A stretch of 64,000 bases of DNA from a bacterium (GTDB lineage Bacteria; Verrucomicrobiota; Lentisphaeria; Victivallales; GWF2-38-69), in the NCBI GenBank assembly GCA_021781705.1, contig JAJXWI010000001.1, positions 4,904-68,903 of the forward strand. The letters are read 5' to 3'. Position 1 is the first letter of the stretch. Each line of letters begins with the position of its first letter. Below the pieces are notes generated by a model. That model made no database searches. It saw only the letters and a program-made list of their open reading frames with translations, and had not been told where the DNA came from. Below are positions 39,038-47,903 of this stretch, piece by piece. A program made the translations under genes and the position numbers.

Positions 39038-40390
39038 TCAGGTTCGATCTTCTTCATCAACCAGTGTTGGGTTTGATATTTCCGGCAGGATATTTTTGGT
39101 TTGAGCTTCATTTAAGGCTTCAACACTTTGCAGTCTCCTTTGGATTGCACGAGTTCTTTTACCCATTACGTCATCCAACTGGTTTAGGCCTGTTTGAATA
39201 TTATTTTGAGCTTTCTCCATCATGCCGCCAAAGTTTTCAAACTCCTTTTTGACTGCGCCCAACACCTGCCATACTTCACTGCTTCTTTTTTGAATAGCCA
39301 GTGTTTTGAAACCCATTTGAAGACTGTTTAGTATTGCCGCTAATGTTGTTGGGCCTGTTACAATTATTTTATAATTTCTCTGGAGGTCTTCTAACAATGC
39401 TGCTTTTCTGACAACCTCGGCATATATGCCTTCAAACGGCAAAAACATAATTCCAAAATCAGTTGTATTAGGCGGATCGATGTACTTGTCGCCTATATCC
39501 TTGGCCATTTTTTTAATAGTAGCTTCCATATTTTTTTGAGCGGTACTTATCTTGCTTTGATCACCATCGTCATACGCTTCTTGTAACTTTTCATAAACAT
39601 CCTTTGGAAACTTTGCATCAATAGGCAGCCATACACTTGTACCAAAATCATCCCGACCCGGCAATTTAATAGCAAATTCAACCAAATCAGAACTGTTGGA
39701 TTTTGTTTTTACATTCGCTTCGTACTGGTCAGGAGCTAGAATTTGTTCCAACAACATTGATAGCTGAATCTCTCCAATCCCTCCCCGCATTTTAACATTG
39801 CTCAGTACTTTTTTAAGCCCGCCAACGTCAGACGCCAGGTTCTTCATTTCGCCAAGCCCTTCTTGAACCGCTTGAAGCTGTTTACCAACTGTTTCAAATG
39901 ATTGACTTAATCTTTCGTTTAATGTTTTTTGCAGTTTCTCATCAACTGTTTTTCGCATTTCATCAAGCTGTTTGGTATTGTCTTCTCGTATCGACTTTAA
40001 TTGCTTCTCAACAGAATCTTTCACTTCTTTCAGATTGTCGGCAGTCTGTTTATTAAACTCAATTTGCTGGATGCGCATTTCTTCATGCTTGCCTTTCAGA
40101 AGATCATTGAGTTCTTTGACGTTTTTTGAAAATTGAGTACTAAAGGATTCTAAAGTTTTTGTCAATTCATCCCTGTTAGTTTTTGCAATTCCATTGGTTT
40201 CTGTTCGATTCCTTTGGAATTCATCCTTAACTGACTTTTCTGTTCGGTCTATAACAGCGCTAAACCTTATCATTGAATCTTCGATCTCTCTTAATTGAGA
40301 TTTGATTTCAATTTTTGGCTTTTTAAATAGTCCAATCCCAATGCCAATTAGTGAAAGAATTATCAGTATTATCAACAGTGTTTCAATCAT
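39038..40390 (-). CDS. rmuC: DNA recombination protein RmuC
   Basis: An N-terminal TM segment and a long coiled coil, then the RmuC core GEIQLSMLLEQ...WLPIDAKFP...MFLPFEGIYAE...IIVTGPTTLAAILNSL. Confidence 0.85.
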   Translation of the reverse strand: MIETLLIILIILSLIGIGIGLFKKPKIEIKSQLREIEDSMIRFSAVIDRTEKSVKDEFQRNRTETNGIAKTNRDELTKTLESFSTQFSKNVKELNDLLKGKHEEMRIQQIEFNKQTADNLKEVKDSVEKQLKSIREDNTKQLDEMRKTVDEKLQKTLNERLSQSFETVGKQLQAVQEGLGEMKNLASDVGGLKKVLSNVKMRGGIGEIQLSMLLEQILAPDQYEANVKTKSNSSDLVEFAIKLPGRDDFGTSVWLPIDAKFPKDVYEKLQEAYDDGDQSKISTAQKNMEATIKKMAKDIGDKYIDPPNTTDFGIMFLPFEGIYAEVVRKAALLEDLQRNYKIIVTGPTTLAAILNSLQMGFKTLAIQKRSSEVWQVLGAVKKEFENFGGMMEKAQNNIQTGLNQLDDVMGKRTRAIQRRLQSVEALNEAQTKNILPEISNPTLVDEEDRT

Positions 40391-40487
40391 TGTTTTATGA
40401 TCTCCTAATAGAAAAAGTGTTACAACTTATAAATTAATTAAACTTGTATTTATCTGAAGGAAACGCTGCTCTTCTCGATTCGAAAAG

Positions 40488-41273
40488 CTATCCACCCATT
40501 ACGTCGCTGTAAATAAGTTGATATGCCTCTGGTGTAACGCTGAATTTACCAATATATGGGTAGTCCATTGTAATGATAAGAAATATAAGCGAACCTATAA
40601 GAATACTGGTCATAGCAGTAATTATAATGTGCAGCCCTTTTTTCGTTGACACAAGGAACCAGGTTGTGCAGATATTTATGGCAGCTCCAATAAACAGAAC
40701 CCAATAGAGTACATCAGGCAAACCAGAAGTGATAGTTTCCTTGCGATCCCTTCTTGCTTCAATCATTGAGTTAAACAAGGCAAGCTCATTTGAAAAAATT
40801 ATTTTCTCATTTTCTGTTTTGGGTTGAAAATTATACAAAATATTTTCAAGACGTGCAGTGCGCCCGCCCTCTGGAATCAGACCTTTCTGTTGAATAGGCC
40901 AAGCCTCTTTAATTATGTAACGAGTAATCCCCTTTATTTCATTTTTCATTTCACTCCTTACAGGCTCAGGGAATGCAGTCGCACCTTTATACATGCATCC
41001 AAGAAGAGATGCTTCTTTTGACGATATCTCATCTACCTTGGAATATTCCCCCCACGTTGCCACAGAAACAAGCCCAAGTGTAATTCCGTAAAACACGCCT
41101 ATTATTTGTAGAAAATTGGCTATCAAATCGTTTGATGACGGAGGAGAACCCAGCCATCTTTTTATAGAAGGTTCAGTAATAAGAAGCCCGACAACCCCTA
41201 TTAACACAAATAAAACAACTATTAACAGGAGAAGCTGCCACTCCTTGATGTTATATACCCAGAGAAAATTCAT
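40488..41273 (-). CDS. DUF4239-like membrane protein
   Basis: Two N-terminal and two C-terminal TM segments flank a soluble core. IIGVFYGITLGLVSVATWGEY resembles the DUF4239 signature, from memory. Confidence 0.5.
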   Translation of the reverse strand: MNFLWVYNIKEWQLLLLIVVLFVLIGVVGLLITEPSIKRWLGSPPSSNDLIANFLQIIGVFYGITLGLVSVATWGEYSKVDEISSKEASLLGCMYKGATAFPEPVRSEMKNEIKGITRYIIKEAWPIQQKGLIPEGGRTARLENILYNFQPKTENEKIIFSNELALFNSMIEARRDRKETITSGLPDVLYWVLFIGAAINICTTWFLVSTKKGLHIIITAMTSILIGSLIFLIITMDYPYIGKFSVTPEAYQLIYSDVMGG

Positions 41274-41295
41274 AAAAAGCCTTTTCTAAAACAAA

Positions 41296-42027
41296 TCAGC
41301 TGTAATCATTATCAATGAGAAGATAAGTATTATCCGTATTTCTAACCATTTGAGCCGGAATTTTAATATTCCCCACTCCTGAAGCAAGCTGTTTAATAAG
41401 CTTCTGTTTTTCTTTTCCCGGTATAAGCATGATAATATCTTTAGCATTGTTTATAAGCTTGAAAGTAAGACTTATTCTATCCCTGGAAGGAGCATACAGA
41501 GGAGCTTTAACAGCAACAACAAGTTTCTGTTTTTCGTCCAGTGCCGGAGACTTTGGAAAAAGGGATGCGATATGCCCATCCCCACCCATCCCTAATAAAA
41601 CTATATCAAACACAGGGGTGGTATCGGGACTGCAAAGCGTTTTTTTCTTGAAGAACTTTTTTATCTGTTCTTCGTACAATTCAGCAGACTCGGCAGGAGT
41701 ACCGCTTACAGGAATAGGAAATACGTGTGATTCTCTTATACTAGCCTTTGATAGGAACTGTTCATAAGCCAGTTTATAGTTACTATTATCATCTTCATGT
41801 TCTACGAATCTTTCGTCACTCCAGAAGATGTAAGTTTTACCCCAATTCATTCTGGATGCGTACTCATAAGTAGAGAGAAGCGAATACAACTTAGAAGGAG
41901 AAGATCCTCCGCTAAATACAATAGTAAAAAACCCTTTTTCTTTAATACAAACTTCGGCAGACTTGCAAATGAAATCTGCCGTCCATTGGCTCAATTCCAG
42001 TACAGTTTCAAACTTACATATTTTCAT
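41296..42027 (-). CDS. pgl: 6-phosphogluconolactonase
   Basis: SGGSSP and VLLGMGGDGHIASLFP motifs of the Pgl/NagB family. 243 aa. Confidence 0.85.
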   Translation of the reverse strand: MKICKFETVLELSQWTADFICKSAEVCIKEKGFFTIVFSGGSSPSKLYSLLSTYEYASRMNWGKTYIFWSDERFVEHEDDNSNYKLAYEQFLSKASIRESHVFPIPVSGTPAESAELYEEQIKKFFKKKTLCSPDTTPVFDIVLLGMGGDGHIASLFPKSPALDEKQKLVVAVKAPLYAPSRDRISLTFKLINNAKDIIMLIPGKEKQKLIKQLASGVGNIKIPAQMVRNTDNTYLLIDNDYS

Positions 42028-42144
42028 TAAAAAGGCTCCATGTATTTATCTTAAGTCGGGAATCTTGTCTAATTTATACATATTTCAGCCAAATCTCTAC
42101 CAGAAAAATTATTTTCTCCCATATTTTTATATAAAACTTACTAC

Positions 42145-42172
42145 TTGACAGTAGGTTATATCATGTTATACT
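42145..42172 (+). promoter_or_regulatory. candidate sigma70-type promoter for the riboswitch-pnuT operon
   Basis: TTGACA (42145-42150), a 16-nt spacer, then TATACT (42167-42172), about 15 nt upstream of the riboswitch P1 stem. Confidence 0.5.
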
Positions 42173-42186
42173 TCCTCTCTTAATAT

Positions 42187-42280
42187 ACAAGGGGTGCTTT
42201 TACACTCAAAACTTGAGAGGAGTAAGGCTGAGAAAGAAACCCTTTAAACCTGATCCGGTTAGTACCGGCGGAGGGATTGT
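42187..42280 (+). promoter_or_regulatory. TPP (THI-box) riboswitch aptamer
   Basis: ACAA-GGGGTGC...GGCTGAGAAAGAAACCCTTTAAACCTGATCCGGTTAGTACCGGCGGAGGGA-TTGT. It contains the conserved GGGGUGC, CUGAGA and ACCCUUUnAACCUGAUCnGG..CCnGCGnAGGGA elements, closed by an ACAA/TTGT P1 stem. Confidence 0.85.
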
Positions 42281-42360
42281 GAAGCCGTCGGCTGCTGCTA
42301 TTTAGAATGTTTTATACATTCCGATTTGGTTTCCACTTTCTCTAACTAAAAAAACTAAGA

Positions 42361-43011
42361 GTGTGGAAAGTGAATACGATTATTGAGTTCTCGAAGAACA
42401 ACTGGCTAGAGATAGCAGGTGTAGTATTTTCTGTAATTTATCTTTACTTCTCGATAAACAGAAAACTCTGGCTATGGGCCGTCGGAATAATATCCAGCGC
42501 TATATACGTGGTAGTCTTTTTCAGAGCCTCCCTTTATGCTGACATGATACAAAATATTTACTATGTAATAATCAGCATTTATGGGCTTATAACATGGATC
42601 AAGGACAGAGACAACCTTGATAAAAGAACTTATGAAGTCGAAGTCTATAAAACTCCTTTGAAAAAAATAGCCCCGATTATTCTTGCGTGGCTATCAATAC
42701 ACGCCACAATTTACTGTTTCACAAAATTCATGCCTGAAATTCTTGGGATAAGCTCGGCAAGTATTCCATTAATAGACAGCTGTCTTACAAGTACGGCATT
42801 TATCGCTACATGGATGCTTGCAAAAAAATATATAGAACAGTGGGTTTTATGGATATTTGTGGATTTCGCTTATATTGTAGTATATGCTTACAGAGAACTT
42901 TACCTGACCTGTTTCCTGTTTTTAATATATACATCTATGGCCATAGTAGGTTATGTAAAATGGAAAGAACATCTTTTAACAGATAATAAAAATAAAATCA
43001 AGCAGTTATGA
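42361..43011 (+). CDS. pnuT: PnuC-family transporter, predicted thiamine transporter (PnuT) from riboswitch context
   Basis: 216 aa with ~7 TM segments. The N-terminal WLEIAGVVFSVIYLY and C-terminal QWVLWIFVDFAYIVVY are typical of PnuC-family proteins. It lies directly downstream of the TPP riboswitch. GTG start. Confidence 0.7.
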   Translation: MWKVNTIIEFSKNNWLEIAGVVFSVIYLYFSINRKLWLWAVGIISSAIYVVVFFRASLYADMIQNIYYVIISIYGLITWIKDRDNLDKRTYEVEVYKTPLKKIAPIILAWLSIHATIYCFTKFMPEILGISSASIPLIDSCLTSTAFIATWMLAKKYIEQWVLWIFVDFAYIVVYAYRELYLTCFLFLIYTSMAIVGYVKWKEHLLTDNKNKIKQL

Positions 43012-43496
43012 AAAAAAGTACCGTATACATGGTGTCGGGACAAATATGTTCGGGAAAAACCACGTACTCCAAGATTTTGGAGAAAAAAACAAATGCAGTA
43101 AGATTCACTCCCGACGAATGGATGCTCAAACTTTATCCTTTCTCAATAAAAAATGAGGAGTTCGACTCTTATTATTACCTTTGCTGCGATATAGCATGGG
43201 AAATAGCAAAAGAATTTATTAAACGAAATATTGACGTTATCCTTGACTTTGGGTTCTGGAAAAAATCAGACCGCATGAAATATACCGGGCTCGTCAAAAA
43301 AACTGAAGCAGATTATAAACTGATACATGTTGACTGCGCCGAATCAACAATTAGAGAAAGACTGAGAAAAAGAAACGACAACTTGCCTCATGGATGTTTC
43401 TATATAACCGAAGAAACATTCAATTTCTTTGCTCCGGGTTTTGAAAGGCCCGGGAATGACGAAACCTTTGAACTCTTCTATAAATACTTAATTTAA
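43008..43496 (+). CDS. P-loop kinase-like ATPase (AAA_33-type)
   Basis: Walker A is VSGQICSGKTT, and a Walker B-like VILDFGFW is present. 162 aa. The start overlaps the pnuT stop by 4 nt (ATGA), implying translational coupling. Confidence 0.65.
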   Translation: MKKSTVYMVSGQICSGKTTYSKILEKKTNAVRFTPDEWMLKLYPFSIKNEEFDSYYYLCCDIAWEIAKEFIKRNIDVILDFGFWKKSDRMKYTGLVKKTEADYKLIHVDCAESTIRERLRKRNDNLPHGCFYITEETFNFFAPGFERPGNDETFELFYKYLI

Positions 43497-43769
43497 ATTT
43501 CAGATGTGAATTAATTATTTGAAAGGTTATAGACTTTGAGAATAAATATTCAATCGTACCATACATGAAAAATAAAAATCCAGACGAAATATTAGAAGGA
43601 AAAAGGCCGTTAATCCAGGGAAAAACAAAACAGAAAATCAGGCAAAAATAAGAAAGTAAAATTAATATATCCTTTGCACACTGCCTATTTACAGATACTG
43701 TATAGAAAATACAGTAAAAACAGGTTACTATCATAGCCTGCTAAATAAATTTGAGAAAGGCTTTTGATT

Positions 43770-44456
43770 ATGAAATTTTTTATTTATATTTGTTCTTTGG
43801 CAGCAGCAGCTTTACTTACGGGCTGCGTAACAAGTGAAATTGTGCCTCCGCCGCAGGAAAACTATGGGCTCAGCACAGAATCAGCCTACAACGGCGACCC
43901 TATGATAATAGATTCTAGCACTCCCGTGCTCAGATACAATGACCGCATCTATTATTTCCAAAATCAGTCGGAACTTGAAAAGTTTAAAGATGACCCGAAA
44001 TTTTTCTTAACAAGATATCCTTCTAACGAGGCTCCTAAAATAGTCCCACCTCTGACAAATGACTACGGACTGAGAACCAGTTGTGCATTTAACAGCGATC
44101 CTATTGTGGTAGGTCAATTTACGCCCACACTGAAATACATGGGAAGGATCTACTATTTCGCACACACTGAATCCAGACGGATGTTTATGGAAGATCCGCA
44201 AATGTATGTAGCCAAATTCGGAGCGAACAAAGTTCCCAAAATAATTTCGCCTCTTCGCTCTGCATACGGAACAAAAACAATATGCGCTGCATCGGGGATT
44301 CCCATCCTTGTAGGGCCGCACACTCCGGCACTCGAATATATGGGAGAAATCTTCTATTTCAGCGACCTCTCATCAATGGAAGCTTTCAAGAAAGATCCTC
44401 AGGCTTACATAAACAAAAAATTCACAGACCAACAGAATTATAAATCTCTGAATTAG
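43770..44456 (+). CDS. lipoprotein with three tandem YHS/TRASH-like repeats
   Basis: Lipobox LLTGC. There are three ~65-aa repeats of the form Y/N-GL(R/S)T..A.N.DP....(T/S)P.L.Y.(D/G)RIYYF....E...F..DP..(F/Y). This resembles the YHS domain (..YYF.S..C...F..DP..Y) but with the metal-binding Cys largely absent. Confidence 0.6.
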   Translation: MKFFIYICSLAAAALLTGCVTSEIVPPPQENYGLSTESAYNGDPMIIDSSTPVLRYNDRIYYFQNQSELEKFKDDPKFFLTRYPSNEAPKIVPPLTNDYGLRTSCAFNSDPIVVGQFTPTLKYMGRIYYFAHTESRRMFMEDPQMYVAKFGANKVPKIISPLRSAYGTKTICAASGIPILVGPHTPALEYMGEIFYFSDLSSMEAFKKDPQAYINKKFTDQQNYKSLN

Positions 44457-44608
44457 TCATTGAAGGTTTTATGCGGATACCGTATAATAGTTCCAGTGCC
44501 GTTTAATGAAACTGTCGAAAAAACAGGAACCAAGGTGTTTGCTGAAATATTGTTTAAATCAAGATAGGGCGAAGGCGGCATACTCCCTGTCTACATTCGT
44601 AATAATCT

Positions 44609-46000
44609 ATGAATCAGGAAATTCAGTGGTTTTTACATATTATTGAAACAAACAAGCTTCTTTCAAAAGAAGAAATTGTCTATCTGTATAAATCTTTACA
44701 CGAAACTAATATCACACTGGACGAATGCGCTCAGGCGGCATTGGATATAAAAACAGACTCTATCACCAGCGAAGAAGAAGCAAATACTATCGTAAAATCT
44801 TTCGAGGAAGCCAGACTCACAGCTATTGCAAAAGCGGTACAAAATACACCAATCCCGCAAATTACCCAAACCGGCACGAAAAAAATGAATGACTGCTTTG
44901 AAACTGCATCTTCTCTTTCTGAGGAAGACACAAAATACTTTCTAAAAACCCTTCTATCAGATCTGAAAAAAAACGGAACAAGTGATCTGCACATATCGGC
45001 CGGCGCTGTGCCTTTTGTTAGAAAATCTCTAAAAACAGAAAGAATCTCAAATACCTTGATAACTCCCGATCTGTCGGCAAAATTAAATACAGCTTTTCTC
45101 GATCATCAACAAATGCTATCTTTTAGTAATGATAAAGCCCTTTCTTATTGCCTGTCTTTCAGCGAAAAAGAACGATACAGAGTTTCCCTTATTAATCAAA
45201 AAGATGGAATATCAGGCTCGTATCATATAGTTCCTGGAGATATTCAACCACTCAAACAATTAGGTTTCTCGGAAGCTAATATCGCTGCAATTGAATACTT
45301 TCTAAGTCATCATAACGGGCTTATACTCGTCACAGGACCTATTGGAAACGGCAAAACAACAACTCTGGCGTCTCTTGTTGATATTCTTAACAAGAACCGC
45401 AAAGACCATATTATCATGATCGAACATCCCATAGAAATAGTTCAGTCTTCACTCAGCTGCAATGTTACGCAAAGAGAGGTGAAAAAACATACCGCAGCTT
45501 ATTCGTCTGCCATAAGAGCCGCACTCAGAGAAGACCCGGATATCATTGTTATAGGAGAACTAAGCGACCTGGAAACAATTGAAATTGCAATAACAGCTTC
45601 TGAAACCGGACATATTGTTATAGGTACAATGCAAACCGGCGATGCTACAAACACAATGAACAGAATTATAAATATCTTTCCTCCACTTCAGCAGCCTCAG
45701 ATAAGGGCCATGCTTGCCGGGAGCCTGCGTGGAATTATCTGCCAAAGACTCCTGCCTGCAAAAAATGAAGGAGTTACGCTTGCCGCAGAAATAATGGTAA
45801 ATACCCTAGCTATAAGCAATACCATAAACGAAGGAAAAATGCACCTGCTCAAACAAACCATACAAACATCCACAAAGTCAGGTATGATTTCGATGGATGC
45901 TTCTATCCTCAGTTTATACACAGCAGGCAAAATATCAAAAGAAACTGCATTGCAAAATGTTACAGACAAAAAGAACTACGAGAAACTCATTACAGGATAA
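44609..46000 (+). CDS. PilT/PilU-family type IV pilus retraction-type ATPase with ~110-aa N-terminal extension
   Basis: Walker A GPIGNGKTT, the Asp box IMIEHPIE, Walker B DPDIIVIGELSD, and the His box GHIVIGTMQTGDA. 463 aa. Confidence 0.75.
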   Translation: MNQEIQWFLHIIETNKLLSKEEIVYLYKSLHETNITLDECAQAALDIKTDSITSEEEANTIVKSFEEARLTAIAKAVQNTPIPQITQTGTKKMNDCFETASSLSEEDTKYFLKTLLSDLKKNGTSDLHISAGAVPFVRKSLKTERISNTLITPDLSAKLNTAFLDHQQMLSFSNDKALSYCLSFSEKERYRVSLINQKDGISGSYHIVPGDIQPLKQLGFSEANIAAIEYFLSHHNGLILVTGPIGNGKTTTLASLVDILNKNRKDHIIMIEHPIEIVQSSLSCNVTQREVKKHTAAYSSAIRAALREDPDIIVIGELSDLETIEIAITASETGHIVIGTMQTGDATNTMNRIINIFPPLQQPQIRAMLAGSLRGIICQRLLPAKNEGVTLAAEIMVNTLAISNTINEGKMHLLKQTIQTSTKSGMISMDASILSLYTAGKISKETALQNVTDKKNYEKLITG

Positions 46001-46005
46001 CGAAT

Positions 46006-47052
46006 ATGGCTACCATTGATGAACTGCTCATAAATATGGTCGAAATCGGGGGGTCAGACCTGCACATGATGGTGGGACAACCAGCAAAAACCAGAATTCA
46101 CGGAGACCTAGTTCCAACTACCGAAGACCATATTTCAGAGTCGTTCATGGAGACAATGCTTAAAGAAATTTGCCCTGAAGACAAATGGAAAACATTTATG
46201 GAACGCCGAGACCTTGACTTCGCATATGAAATACCCAATGTCGCAAGATTCAGGACAAACTTCCTGTATAATTTTTATGGAATTGGTGCAGTATTCCGAC
46301 AAATCCCTACCAAGATTCTTACAATAAAGGATCTCAATCTGCCGGAAGTGCTTACAAAAATAAGCGAATACAAAAGCGGGCTTATACTTGTAACAGGACC
46401 TACAGGAAGCGGCAAATCCACTACCATGGCCGCTATGATTGATCATATCAATGAGAATTATTCAAAGCACATTATTACAATAGAAGACCCGATTGAATTT
46501 GTTCACAAAAATAAAAAATCAACAATCGTTCATATGGAAATAGGAGTTCATGCAAACTCGTTTGCCGAAGCTATGAAATCAGCCATGAGATCTGATCCGG
46601 ACATAATATTGCTCGGAGAAATGAGAGACCTCGAAACGATCAAACTGGCTCTCACGACAGCCGCCATGGGGGTTCTTGTATTTGGCACACTTCACACAAA
46701 CAATGCCCCAAAAACTGTTGACAGGATAATTGACGCTTTCCCGGCAGATGAACAGCCTCAAGTGAGAATGATGCTCTCCGAATCAATTCAAGGTATAGTC
46801 TCGCAGCTGCTTTGCAAAAAAGTAGGAGGGAAAGGGCGTGTTGCGGTACATGAAATATTACTATGGACAGAGGCATTGCCCAATACTATCAGAGAAGGCC
46901 AGATTTCAAATATTAGAACAATAATAGAAAACAATACCACAAACGGAATGTGCTCTATGGATCAGAACCTGAAAAAACTTGTAGAAGAAGGTACGATCAC
47001 CAAAGAGGAAGGCTACATGAAAGCCCAGGATAAAAAGGGTTTTCTAGGCTAA
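46006..47052 (+). CDS. pilT: twitching motility ATPase PilT
   Basis: 348 aa with GSDLHM, Walker A GPTGSGKST, ITIEDPIEF, DPDIILLGEMRD, FGTLHTNNA and the AFPADEQPQVR motif. Confidence 0.85.
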   Translation: MATIDELLINMVEIGGSDLHMMVGQPAKTRIHGDLVPTTEDHISESFMETMLKEICPEDKWKTFMERRDLDFAYEIPNVARFRTNFLYNFYGIGAVFRQIPTKILTIKDLNLPEVLTKISEYKSGLILVTGPTGSGKSTTMAAMIDHINENYSKHIITIEDPIEFVHKNKKSTIVHMEIGVHANSFAEAMKSAMRSDPDIILLGEMRDLETIKLALTTAAMGVLVFGTLHTNNAPKTVDRIIDAFPADEQPQVRMMLSESIQGIVSQLLCKKVGGKGRVAVHEILLWTEALPNTIREGQISNIRTIIENNTTNGMCSMDQNLKKLVEEGTITKEEGYMKAQDKKGFLG

Positions 47053-47078
47053 AAAAAATAGTTTAAAAAAACTGTCTC

Positions 47079-47642
47079 CTAATCTTCATCTCTGATGACT
47101 ATAGCTTCGAATACTTCGAACTTTGCTTCGGGCGATTTCCAGGCGTTCGGATCAAGTCCTGCCTTCATACTCAGGTGCGTTAAAGTTTCTTCTAAAGTCC
47201 AGCACTGTTCTGGTGCGACCTGCGGAAGAAATACTGAAGAGTCCCCGCCGTGTGTCAAATATATCCCATGCTTGCCAAGTACAATGTCTTTATAGGAATT
47301 TATTTTAACCATTGGAGTAAGTATGGAAATTTCTATTTTAATGCTATCTATCTCTTTTACAGAACGTAACGGCGTGAATCTTGGATCTCTAAATGCAGAA
47401 TTTATGGCATTGTGAATTATGTTGTCATACAATGGTTCAAACGCCATCATATTCCCAATACACCCGCGGAGCTGGCCATTACTACTGTGAAGAGTAACAA
47501 AACATGACTGCTTTACATTCAGCCATTCCGTAGATTCGTCAATTTTTCTATATTTCGAAATTCCTTCCAGCTTGTCCTTAATAGTGTTCCTTACAAGCTC
47601 CAATAAAAACTTCTTTTGCTCTGCCGTATAAACTTCACTCAT
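47079..47642 (-). CDS. AMMECR1 domain protein
   Basis: LRGCIGN motif, RDPRF, and overall length of 187 aa. Confidence 0.8.
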   Translation of the reverse strand: MSEVYTAEQKKFLLELVRNTIKDKLEGISKYRKIDESTEWLNVKQSCFVTLHSSNGQLRGCIGNMMAFEPLYDNIIHNAINSAFRDPRFTPLRSVKEIDSIKIEISILTPMVKINSYKDIVLGKHGIYLTHGGDSSVFLPQVAPEQCWTLEETLTHLSMKAGLDPNAWKSPEAKFEVFEAIVIRDED

Positions 47643-47655
47643 ATCTTCTCCCTCC

Positions 47656-47888
47656 GTAAGTGTTCAGTAAACTAAGCATGTCAATGTTTACGCCAAGCGG
47701 ACGCAACGGAGTGCGTCCCTCCATATGGAACCGTAAAAGATGCGAACGATACAACCTTGCTAAAGGGCATGGTAAAAGCTCGTCCCTCCACGTGTCGCGT
47801 GAAATTATGATTTAAAGCGGAGGGTTCCGCTTTTACCATACGTTTTGGCAAGGCTGTCGGAACCGCAAAATACTAAAAAAGAAATCAG
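47656..47888 (-). repeat. composite REP cluster, right arm of the long-range inverted repeat
   Basis: Its reverse complement aligns with 38046-38257. By eye identity is roughly 85-90%, with one 22-nt insertion (CCTTGCCAAAACGTATGGTAAA) in the GGTTCCG hairpin loop. Confidence 0.85.
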
Positions 47889-47903
47889 GTTAAGTAATGC
47901 TTC

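Noticed and set aside
43420-43734. A minus-strand 104-aa hydrophobic ORF downstream of the P-loop kinase gene.
   Set aside because: It overlaps the 3' end of the kinase gene by 77 nt and has a Phe/Ile/Cys-rich AT-driven composition. It has no SD and no recognisable family.
38046-47888. The inverted ~220-nt arms as the ends of a composite transposon or IS.
   Set aside because: No transposase or integrase lies inside, the cargo is ordinary housekeeping genes, and the arms are made of the same REP modules found elsewhere. I report it only as a potential inversion substrate.
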